From a virus, in the IMG/VR virus record IMGVR_UViG_3300028388_003908, positions 79,152 through 143,151 of that record: DNA of 64,000 bases, one strand, 5' to 3'. Made by a program: the position numbers and the translations under genes. Shown in pieces: positions 45,938 through 54,403 of the stretch (position 1 is its first letter; each line of letters starts with the position of its first letter). A model generated the notes under the pieces. That model had not been told where the DNA came from, did no database searches, and was given only the letters and a program-made list of their open reading frames with translations.

Positions 45938-47293
45938 TTAGCCGAAGTATCTGCTAACGTCAGGTGCGGTCTCCCACAGCTTGCTGAGATCGTCTGCACC
46001 GCTTGAAGCCTCACGGCTGATGTTGCCGAGGGTCTTCACAGCAGGCTGACGACTAGCGAGACGAGGACGTGCGTGAGCCTTCTTAGAAGCGGTAGGCTCC
46101 TCCTCGCTCATCTGAATCTCCTCAGACTCTTCCTCCTCAGTCTCTTCCTCCTCAGTCTCTTCCTCCTCAGTCTCTTCCTCAGAAGCCTCAAAGATACGAG
46201 CGAGCTTAGGATCAACAGACGCCTCCTCGGTTGCGTCTAGACCCATGGTGTCCTCTGAAGTCTCCTCCTCTGAAGCCTCCTCCTCTGAAGCCTCCTCCTC
46301 TGAAGCGCTATGATAGAAGTTAGCCTTCTTGCTATCCATGTCAGCTAGGATAGAAGCGAGTACGCCCTCCTCTGCGCTCTCCTCGTCTGCTTCCTCCTCC
46401 TCTGAAAGGATCTCAGCGAGTACGCTGGCGAGACGGTTTATACCACGGCTCTCGCTACGGGGACGCCAAGAAGCCTGCTTAGGCTGCTCAACGCTCTCCT
46501 CCATCAACTCCTCTTCATCGTCAGAGTATCCGGTAGCCTTTGCCACAGCGTCATCAGCGAGCTTGCGAACCTGTGAAGCAAGACGAGCGTTAGCGAGCTT
46601 TAAGGTATCAACCTGCTCTTGAAGCATCTCAGCTAGACGGTCGGTGTGTCTGCGAGACGCCATGTGATGAGTTCCCATGTAGCCAGACTCATGCTCATCT
46701 GCCATGTGATAATCAGACTCATGCTCGTCTGCCATGTGATAATCAGACTCATGCTCGTCTGCCATGAGATCAAGATCATCAATGATCTCGTCATCATCAG
46801 CGTACATATCAGCGTTCACGTTACCAGGGCCGCGATCTGTGACGTGATAGCCGGTAGCTACCTCCATCTCGTCATGCGCCATGTCCTCCTCAGAAAGACG
46901 TGCCAGCTTGTTTTCGATTTGACGATTAGGGAGATCCATGAAGCGAAGCGCGAGATCCTCAATATCGTTCTGTGAAGCTCTGCGACCAAGCTGAGCCTCT
47001 GCGATACGGATGCACTTGGCAGCCTTGCGCTCCATAGCCTGACGAAGACCAAAGTCCTCTGCAAGCTCATCGGTCACGGCAGGGTGATCAGGCTCCCAAC
47101 CGTAAGAAGCAGGAGGAGGACCTGAACGGTAAGGACCCTCATGTACTGCCTCACCGAAATCTGAATCAATTGCGTAATCGTCAATCTCAGGAAGAGGCTT
47201 AGTAGCAGGATGCCCGAAAGCATCGAAACCGAGATTATCATAACCAGGAAGGGCGCTGTTCGCCCTGCGACCTCTACGGGGGAAACGTGACAT
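45938..47293 (-). CDS. Prohead scaffolding protein
   Basis: Very acidic, coiled coil, between protease and capsid genes; many [K/R/H]-x-A sites. Confidence 0.65.
   Translation of the reverse strand: MSRFPRRGRRANSALPGYDNLGFDAFGHPATKPLPEIDDYAIDSDFGEAVHEGPYRSGPPPASYGWEPDHPAVTDELAEDFGLRQAMERKAAKCIRIAEAQLGRRASQNDIEDLALRFMDLPNRQIENKLARLSEEDMAHDEMEVATGYHVTDRGPGNVNADMYADDDEIIDDLDLMADEHESDYHMADEHESDYHMADEHESGYMGTHHMASRRHTDRLAEMLQEQVDTLKLANARLASQVRKLADDAVAKATGYSDDEEELMEESVEQPKQASWRPRSESRGINRLASVLAEILSEEEEADEESAEEGVLASILADMDSKKANFYHSASEEEASEEEASEEETSEDTMGLDATEEASVDPKLARIFEASEEETEEEETEEEETEEEESEEIQMSEEEPTASKKAHARPRLASRQPAVKTLGNISREASSGADDLSKLWETAPDVSRYFG
46677..46766. repeat. 30-bp coding tandem repeat x3 (MADEHESDYH)
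   Basis: cagactcatgctc(a/g)tctgccatg repeated; shorter EEETE and SEEEA repeats at 46125-46305. Confidence 0.85.
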
Positions 47294-47325
47294 AGCTTGT
47301 CAACCTTTCGTAGCGTGTGGGGCTT

Positions 47326-48732
47326 TCAAGCCCTTGTGGAGATTAACTTGGATAATCTTACCAAGCGTGATTTGTCTTGATCAGAGAGTTCCGCTCCATT
47401 ATACATGGTCGCCCTCTGTAAAAATGCCTCGACAGAAGCATATCTATCAGCCCTGCCCAAGAGCTTGGCGATACGATAGATTTTCTCAGACATCCGGACG
47501 TTGTAATGGTCATTAACAAGACGGATGTTGTCGACCACCTCGGAATCGCTCTTGGCGATACGGATGGCTGATTCAAGATTGCGGGCATAGACCTTACGGA
47601 GCGCTTGACCCTCTTTAATAATGGTGTCGTTCTCGCTCACGGTAGATTCGCTTATGGCGGGCTTGAGTGCCTCGTCCATAAGACCGCTCTTGATCTCTTG
47701 CTCAATCTTCTTACGGATACGATTGATGACCGCGTCTGTAACCGCTGTCTCTACCTCGTCAATAATTGACTTGGGACCAGCAGGTTCGGCGGGCTTCTCA
47801 TCTCCATCGTCATCATCAAATCCGAAAGCTAGACGATGAGACGCGCTCTTTTGAATCCATTTCTCGGGTACATCAGATGATTCTTCTGATGAAGGGATCT
47901 CAAGTATGTTACGAGCTACAGCACCCTTAAAGGCTGGCGTCTCTACCCAAGAAGCCTCGATAAAGGTAACCCCACCTGTCTCTCCTGCGGTGTGATGACC
48001 ACAAAGCTCTGCGACACGGTGCTTATTGCCTTGCTCGTCATAGAAGGTATTACCCTTCTCATACTTGATGTGCTGACACATCTCGGTCTCATCGGCTGCG
48101 ACATGACCACATTTCGTGCAGATAGTAAAATCGACACTACAGCCCATGCTCATGGCGTTGGTCTTACCGCTCAGAATATCCTCGACAAGACCCTCATGCT
48201 TACGATCTGTCGCCACAAGGATATCCACATAAAGCGATTCCCCTACGTCACGGAGAACAGCGTCAATAATGCGCCCCTTTGAAAGCTCCTCAACCTGAAC
48301 GTGCTCTACAAAGTTATGCGCCCCGACAAAGGTCTTGTAGGACTTTTGAATGACTTCTCTTGACCAGCTATCGAGATTATTGTTGATGTACTGATCGGTC
48401 TTAGGACTAATACGATAATCCGCATACTTGCGATGTATCTGCTGACCGTCTTGTGTAAGCGAGCCTGTCTTAGTCCCGGGAGGAGTCACAGCGTCTACAG
48501 AGCAGACAATCGTGGCGTGAGTAAGCAGGAAACGGTCGGGCGTGAAGGCCTCCCCTAGTATATCCTCTGCTTGCTTACGCAAGGATTTATTGACCGTAGC
48601 CTTAGAAGCTACGCGCACTTTATCCCAATGATTACCTCTCACGTCAGGCGTGACAACCCCTGCGCGAGCGTATCTTAGAAATGCCATTAGAAACCTCCTA
48701 TAATGTCTTCTTGCTTGATTAGGAAAAGACAC
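47326..48732 (-). CDS. Prohead maturation protease with Zn-finger insertion (start probably MAFLRY near 48687)
   Basis: NNNLDSW, HNFVEH, KGRIID and SMGC (His/Ser candidates); CTKCG...CQH; lies upstream of the scaffold. Confidence 0.75.
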   Translation of the reverse strand: MSFPNQARRHYRRFLMAFLRYARAGVVTPDVRGNHWDKVRVASKATVNKSLRKQAEDILGEAFTPDRFLLTHATIVCSVDAVTPPGTKTGSLTQDGQQIHRKYADYRISPKTDQYINNNLDSWSREVIQKSYKTFVGAHNFVEHVQVEELSKGRIIDAVLRDVGESLYVDILVATDRKHEGLVEDILSGKTNAMSMGCSVDFTICTKCGHVAADETEMCQHIKYEKGNTFYDEQGNKHRVAELCGHHTAGETGGVTFIEASWVETPAFKGAVARNILEIPSSEESSDVPEKWIQKSASHRLAFGFDDDDGDEKPAEPAGPKSIIDEVETAVTDAVINRIRKKIEQEIKSGLMDEALKPAISESTVSENDTIIKEGQALRKVYARNLESAIRIAKSDSEVVDNIRLVNDHYNVRMSEKIYRIAKLLGRADRYASVEAFLQRATMYNGAELSDQDKSRLVRLSKLISTRA

Positions 48733-50825
48733 GAAGGACAGCCCAAAAGACGCTCGCTCACGCCATCTCTTCTCTTATAGCAGGTTCTCTTAAGAGGCAC
48801 TTCGCATTTAGGACAATGAGGGTGAATCTCATCTTTGCGCTGTCGATACTGGCGATTCTTAGCGCCCCAATAAAGAGCAGTCTTAGACTGACCATATCGA
48901 GACGCAACGCGGGAAGCACCCGTAGATACAGGCACGACCCCTAGTCCACCAGGCACCGAATCCTCAATGCTCTTAGGATCTACAGGATCAGATGATTCAT
49001 CAATCTCAAGATCCTCTACGGGCATCCTTGTAGAGCCGTGAGGAAACTGAACGTCAACCATACCGATACCAGGGAAAACCGCAAGAACGACACCTGACTG
49101 AGTTTCAGAGCCACCCATAAACGGATACACCTTATCACCAGGCTCAAACTGACGAGCCCTGCCCTGATAATCCGAATATACGGTCGCTCTTTTGTGTCTC
49201 ATGTTCGGTCCTCCGTATATATTGCGTCTCTCAATAAAAGATATATAAGAGCGGGCAATCCTTGCAGAAAGAGAGCCAGTTTTATCAAAGAAGGATTCCG
49301 TCTCGCCTTCTCCCTCTTCTCCCCCCTCAGAAGATTCTGAATCCTCATCGTCTATATCAAACGCGCTCTCTAAATCCGCTAAAGATGACTCTTCATTAGA
49401 CGCTATATCCAAGAACCTGCTCTGATAAGCCTCTTGCGTCTTATTATGCGTCTTGTACTGAGAGACGTTTTTAACTCTTTGCTCGCGCTCATAACGAGAA
49501 AGCACATCCTCATCTCCGCTGATCAGAGCTTGCAGATAATCCTCCTCTGTAAGCTCCTTCTTCTCTCCTTTGCCTTTGCCCTTACCCTTATCTCCCTTGT
49601 CATCCTCTTTATCCCGAGAAGATTCTCCTTCCCCGCTGACAAAGGACATACCATCGAGGGCCATGTTATTGATAAATTCCTTCAAGCGCTCTCGGGCAGC
49701 CTCAGAAATAGGCGCAGGACATTTCTGACCTACCGCTAAGACCTTACCTCCCATGTCTCCGTTGTCAGGAGAGGCGGGACAATAATTAGGATTTAGCTTC
49801 TCGATGAGACTGCCATAAGGGCCGTCTGCGCCTCCAACAGCGTTCACCCAATCCTCATCGCTTAGTTCGTTGAGATAATCTTTTCTTAACGATCTACGCG
49901 CTAGTCCGTTCCTTACTCTTACTGATCTGGCAGCCATGTCCATGGCTTGCTTTTTTCCCTCATCTGAAAGATCTGCGCTCTTGACAGACCTAACAATATA
50001 AGGATCGACACGACCGGATTTGTCTTCCCCATTAACCGCCATCACCGCGAGCAAGGAATCTCGGGCATCCTCTAGAGCCATCTTCTTAGACCCGCTCGAC
50101 TGACCGATAGCTTGCTCAAAGTTGACTAACGATTCTGCTCTCTGATCCTTGCCAAGAGCGCTGAAGCGCTTGATATGCTTCTCTCGCTCTGCTCTGCGCG
50201 CTATGTTCAGAGCATTACCCTTCATGTTGTCAAAATGACTAGAATCCACATCAAAGCTAGGATTGGTCATCACCTTATCTTTGATGCGTTCATGTACGGG
50301 ATTATCAACATCCTCTTTCGACATTTCGTCATAAAGATCGCTCTCGTCACCGTCCATGACTTGGCTGTAAGCGTCCTCTAGCTCTTTCTCTAAAGAATCA
50401 TCCTTTCTCTTAGAAGGCTTAGGGGACTTAGGGGACTTAGGGGACTTAGGGGAGCCTCCACCGGGTGCTGAAGACGTACCCCTACCTGAGCCTCCTTCTG
50501 ACCCACCTCCGGAGCCACCTCCTTTACCTTCCTCTCTGCTACGCTCAAGCTCCTTTAGATACTCCTCTCGGAAATCCTTTACAGCTTTAGGGTGTTTTTG
50601 ATTATAAGCGGTCGTGAATTTGATCTTATTGCCGGTCGATTTACTTGTGTAGGTTTTGTCCTTGAGCTTCTTGTTGACTCTCTTAACAACCTCTATATCG
50701 ACTTTAGGACCTTTCTTGGATTCTGTCTCCTCAGGTTCCTCTTCACCTTCTCCCTCAGGAACAGGCTCTTCTGCGCTTAGGTATCTTGACGCAATCCTAC
50801 TCGCTAGTCCTCTGTTTTTAAACAT
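48687..50825 (-). CDS. Modular head-region protein with internal in-frame start at 49202 and C-terminal Zn ribbon
   Basis: RIASRY, RIARSY and RVASRY motifs; SPK repeats; CPKC...CPSC. Confidence 0.65.
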   Translation of the reverse strand: MFKNRGLASRIASRYLSAEEPVPEGEGEEEPEETESKKGPKVDIEVVKRVNKKLKDKTYTSKSTGNKIKFTTAYNQKHPKAVKDFREEYLKELERSREEGKGGGSGGGSEGGSGRGTSSAPGGGSPKSPKSPKSPKPSKRKDDSLEKELEDAYSQVMDGDESDLYDEMSKEDVDNPVHERIKDKVMTNPSFDVDSSHFDNMKGNALNIARRAEREKHIKRFSALGKDQRAESLVNFEQAIGQSSGSKKMALEDARDSLLAVMAVNGEDKSGRVDPYIVRSVKSADLSDEGKKQAMDMAARSVRVRNGLARRSLRKDYLNELSDEDWVNAVGGADGPYGSLIEKLNPNYCPASPDNGDMGGKVLAVGQKCPAPISEAARERLKEFINNMALDGMSFVSGEGESSRDKEDDKGDKGKGKGKGEKKELTEEDYLQALISGDEDVLSRYEREQRVKNVSQYKTHNKTQEAYQSRFLDIASNEESSLADLESAFDIDDEDSESSEGGEEGEGETESFFDKTGSLSARIARSYISFIERRNIYGGPNMRHKRATVYSDYQGRARQFEPGDKVYPFMGGSETQSGVVLAVFPGIGMVDVQFPHGSTRMPVEDLEIDESSDPVDPKSIEDSVPGGLGVVPVSTGASRVASRYGQSKTALYWGAKNRQYRQRKDEIHPHCPKCEVPLKRTCYKRRDGVSERLLGCPSCLFLIKQEDIIGGF

Positions 50826-51448
50826 TAGTCTCTCCTCTTGAAATCAGGATCGCCTTTGTGACCTCTACCCAAGCCTTCTAGATCCTTGTCCTCTACCCTC
50901 ATGCGATTACGCATTAAATCTTTACGAGGAGGCCTCTTCTTAGGCTTGACCTTAGACAGCTCTCTTATGTCGTCATCCTCTTTGTCAGTGACGCTCAGTG
51001 TAGCCATTCTCTTGAGAGCTACCCTGCGCGCCATGATATGCTGACAATCATGGAAATGCGCCATACGCTCGATTGAAGCCATTTTACGCACATCGAAACA
51101 CAGAGGCGCAAAACCCTTCCTGAGCGCCCTTAAAGCCTGCGCTATCGCAAGGTGCCCTTCATGCTCCTTCTTGGTCTCTAAACAATCAAGCCACTCGCCT
51201 TGTAGATCTCTCACCTCTTGAGCTTTACCGTCTAAAGGCTCCTCGTACTTGAAATCCTTATCCAAGGACACGGCCTCTTCAAACAGCGCTTCGATGGTGA
51301 GAAAATGCTTTCGGATACAATCACGACAGCGCTTGCGCGGATTGTTTAGATGATCCTCTAGCAAGCTCATCTGCTTACAGATCTCTCTCAAATTAAAGAG
51401 AGGATTCATAATAGGCAGTAAGCCCATTTTTTGCTCTTGTGCGCTCAT
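50825..51448 (-). CDS. Hypothetical protein with LEDHL...CxxC...KH metal-binding-like motif
   Basis: NLREICKQMSLLEDHLNNPRKRCRDCIRKH. Confidence 0.65.
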   Translation of the reverse strand: MSAQEQKMGLLPIMNPLFNLREICKQMSLLEDHLNNPRKRCRDCIRKHFLTIEALFEEAVSLDKDFKYEEPLDGKAQEVRDLQGEWLDCLETKKEHEGHLAIAQALRALRKGFAPLCFDVRKMASIERMAHFHDCQHIMARRVALKRMATLSVTDKEDDDIRELSKVKPKKRPPRKDLMRNRMRVEDKDLEGLGRGHKGDPDFKRRD

Positions 51449-51514
51449 AATAAAAAGCCCCCATCTGCATGATTTACAGATGGAGGCTTAATAAAGAGAT
51501 TAAGAGGCTAAGTA

Positions 51515-51835
51515 TTAACCCTTAATGTTGTCCCTAGACTCTTGAATCACACTAAGGAACGTGCTCTCAAGGCTGTTGAGCGCGTCTAGGGTGTGACCTA
51601 CAAGTCTACCACCGCTAAAGTGCTCATAAACAACCTGGTCCCCGTCCTCGATCTTACCGCTCTTAACCGCGTCTTGCTCTGCCTTAGCTTGAGCCTTAGC
51701 GATAGAGACGAGCTTAGAGGTGAGATCATCAAACACCTTTTGGATGTCTGCGTCATACTTACCGGCGGCTGAGCGCTCAAGGCGCGCTACGCGCATCTCA
51801 AGCTCACGGATTACTTCACTAGCTGTTCTTCTCAT
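51515..51835 (-). CDS. Leader-family protein (MRRTASEVIRELEMRVARLERSAAG)
   Basis: GAAAGGA RBS before the ATG at 51835; 36 bp identical to 36457-36492. Confidence 0.8.
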   Translation of the reverse strand: MRRTASEVIRELEMRVARLERSAAGKYDADIQKVFDDLTSKLVSIAKAQAKAEQDAVKSGKIEDGDQVVYEHFSGGRLVGHTLDALNSLESTFLSVIQESRDNIKG

Positions 51836-51873
51836 AATAGAGATCCTTTCATTTCCAGCGTGTTTGCTTCTCA

Positions 51874-52413
51874 TCAATCCTCAGGATAAAAGAAGTATGA
51901 GTGCTTCTTATATTTCTTACGCTGTAGACGATTCTTTTTTCTGTTTGGATTCGGCTTGTTGCGAGATTTAGTCATAGACCTCACCCTTGTGGATTTGTTT
52001 CCTTTCCAAGATTTCTTCTGCCCCTTAGAAATCGCTCTAGCGTGAGCAGGGGAGAGGCGCTTGATAGCCATGCGATCCTCAGACAAGCGCTCCTCTAAAA
52101 TCTCCTCATCAAGAGCCTCGATCTCTGCGTCTAGCTCCAAAGAAGCGATACGGATTTCAAGCTCAGCGAGGTAATCACCTGCGCTCTTACTCTGAGTTAA
52201 ACCCTTAACGTGCACCCTATCGGCCTTAACCGAAAAGCGCAGACTAGGGAAATCTCGCCTCAGAAAAACATAAGCCTGAGAAGCCTCGTCATAATCCTCA
52301 AAGCCTAGATAACCACGACCGGTCTCTAAGACTTCAATACCTCTGCGCTCTAGCGCCTGTATTAAATCTTCCATAATAATCTCCTTGACGTACATAGCGT
52401 AAATGTACGTCAC
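51874..52413 (-). CDS. Protein with internal leader-like motif (KSAGDYLAELEIRIASLE) and very basic tail
   Basis: Internal motif; K/R-rich C-terminus after RMA; AAGGAG RBS suggests a start near 52374. Confidence 0.65.
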   Translation of the reverse strand: MTYIYAMYVKEIIMEDLIQALERRGIEVLETGRGYLGFEDYDEASQAYVFLRRDFPSLRFSVKADRVHVKGLTQSKSAGDYLAELEIRIASLELDAEIEALDEEILEERLSEDRMAIKRLSPAHARAISKGQKKSWKGNKSTRVRSMTKSRNKPNPNRKKNRLQRKKYKKHSYFFYPED

Positions 52414-52428
52414 ATAAAGAGACTATTA

Positions 52429-54117
52429 TTAGAATCTACCACCATCCTCCGCAGGGGCTGCGTACTTGAGACCTAGATTCTCTGCGATCTTCTCCATCAC
52501 GTCTGAATTTTCAGCTATGGCTCTACCAGCCTCTCCGTAGATGCCTCTAAGAACCTCATTAAACTGAGAATCGTTGAGTGTCCACATATCGCGCTCTAGC
52601 TTCTGCTTTGTAAGCGCAGGGTCGATGTTCAGTAGCTCTAAGATCACATCAACGTCTAGAGACCCCTTCTGATACAGATTAAAGAGCGCGTCAAACGTGT
52701 CCTGATTATCTCTCAATCCGAGACGGGTAAAGCTCAGAGTAGGATGTATCACCACCTCCTCTCCGTCTTCATCTTCCTCTATAAAGCCCATGCGCTTACA
52801 CATAGGCTTGAGCATATTCTCCTCAACCATATCTTGTAGCACCTCACGCATAAGCATATAGCGCGTGTTAATGACCTCAAGATTGATTCTGTCTCCTGAG
52901 TAGCTAGATTCACCGCTCAATAAAGATTCGGTGACACCAAGTCCAGCGTACATCTGACGGTCTGTAATGTCGTACTCTCCGGAAAGCTCCAAGAGACGTG
53001 AATCAGCGCCCATCTCCTCCCATGATACTTGAAAGTTGGCGATGATCGAATAGTCCGGATCTTGTAGCGCTAGGTCTACTTGCTCACGAAGCGCCTCCAC
53101 GTCTGCCACGTCCATGTCCTCAGCATAGACAAGACGGATAGGTGTCATGTGACGAGAGGCGATTGAGGTCTGTGCCTGACGTAGCTTGTCTCGATAAACC
53201 AAGATACGGAGACAGCGCTCTAGCATGGAGTGACCGCGGGGCTCATACTGCGATTTCTTACGCGCCATAAAGTAGCAGAATGACCCGAGATCAGGATCGG
53301 TGTTTAATGGGATATTACGTCCATTACGGATAGATTCAACAACGTGCTCAGGCATAGACTCTGCGATGCGTAGCGCATTTGGGTCTTCCATAGAAGCGCG
53401 CTCGATCACGTCTTTGGTTTTAGAATCCGGAATAAGCTCGATGATCTTCTCATCTGTAAAAGGAAAGCTCTCCATGTGAACCTGCTCGGGAGGTAAAACT
53501 CTCACGGCAGTCCAGCCCTTATAGTTTTTCTTGAGCCAGCGATAGGCTCTCACCTCCGCGTCTTCTCTCTCTGACCAAATCTCCTCTACTTCACCGCTCT
53601 CCTCATTTAATTTACGAGACAACGTGTGAGTGACCTCCTTAGGTAGATCAGGATTATTATCCTCACAAAACACAAACACCTCTCCGAGCAGATTGTATTC
53701 GTGCAGGATCTCGATCAGACGATGGAGTAGTCCCACGCGCTTAGCCCATTTCTCACAGAAGCGTAGCGCTTCAAGCGCGAGATCACGATTCTTAGCCTTA
53801 GGCAGACCCAAGCGAACCTTAGATAAAGGAAGCTCTGTGTGCAGATCTACCGCCTGCCCAACGAAAGGATCGGTGCGGTAGAAAAATCGGAAATAATTGC
53901 GCTGTTCGTCTTGGCTCTGAGGTAGCTCAAGAAAATCTGTAGAAAGCTCAGGAGAGTAGAAGTTACCGCCTGACCCGAGCATTGAACCTCCCGCGGTTGT
54001 AGCGACCTTTACGCGAGATCTCATATCGGAGGCTTTTAATTTGCGCGCCTTTGAGACCTGCGCTTTTGAGCGCACCTCCTCTAAAGGTATCTCTAAATCA
54101 ATCTCGGTTTTGCTCAT
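52429..54117 (-). CDS. Portal protein
   Basis: 562 aa, just downstream of TerL; DPFVGQAVDLH and PRGHSMLERC...YRDKLRQAQ patterns. Confidence 0.8.
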   Translation of the reverse strand: MSKTEIDLEIPLEEVRSKAQVSKARKLKASDMRSRVKVATTAGGSMLGSGGNFYSPELSTDFLELPQSQDEQRNYFRFFYRTDPFVGQAVDLHTELPLSKVRLGLPKAKNRDLALEALRFCEKWAKRVGLLHRLIEILHEYNLLGEVFVFCEDNNPDLPKEVTHTLSRKLNEESGEVEEIWSEREDAEVRAYRWLKKNYKGWTAVRVLPPEQVHMESFPFTDEKIIELIPDSKTKDVIERASMEDPNALRIAESMPEHVVESIRNGRNIPLNTDPDLGSFCYFMARKKSQYEPRGHSMLERCLRILVYRDKLRQAQTSIASRHMTPIRLVYAEDMDVADVEALREQVDLALQDPDYSIIANFQVSWEEMGADSRLLELSGEYDITDRQMYAGLGVTESLLSGESSYSGDRINLEVINTRYMLMREVLQDMVEENMLKPMCKRMGFIEEDEDGEEVVIHPTLSFTRLGLRDNQDTFDALFNLYQKGSLDVDVILELLNIDPALTKQKLERDMWTLNDSQFNEVLRGIYGEAGRAIAENSDVMEKIAENLGLKYAAPAEDGGRF

Positions 54118-54403
54118 TCTTCACAACCTTCTTAATGACCGTCTTGAGTAGCTTCACCTGGTCCGGCTCCCCTTTAAAGAAGCTAGACCATTTACCGCCG
54201 TTACCCTTGTAGATGTCCGTTATTTTACTCAGTAATAAATCGCTCGGACTGGCGATCCCATGCGAGAGCACAAGTATTCTCGCTATCACCCTAAAATCAG
54301 CCCTTTTATGTGTTCTAGGTGTCATGTCATCTACCTCTCTTAAACATAGCTCTAGGCATACGCTTCTCATCAGAGCCGGCGCGCACCTTATTAGGTTGAG
54401 CAA
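54098..54403 (-). CDS. Small hypothetical protein (start probably MTPRTH near 54325)
   Basis: GAGG RBS; overlaps the portal start. Confidence 0.55.
   Translation of the reverse strand: MLNLIRCAPALMRSVCLELCLREVDDMTPRTHKRADFRVIARILVLSHGIASPSDLLLSKITDIYKGNGGKWSSFFKGEPDQVKLLKTVIKKVVKNEQNRD

Noticed and set aside
50415-50452. GGGGACTTA tandem repeat as a possible origin or iteron
   Set aside because: In-frame 9-bp unit encoding SPK repeats within a low-complexity linker.
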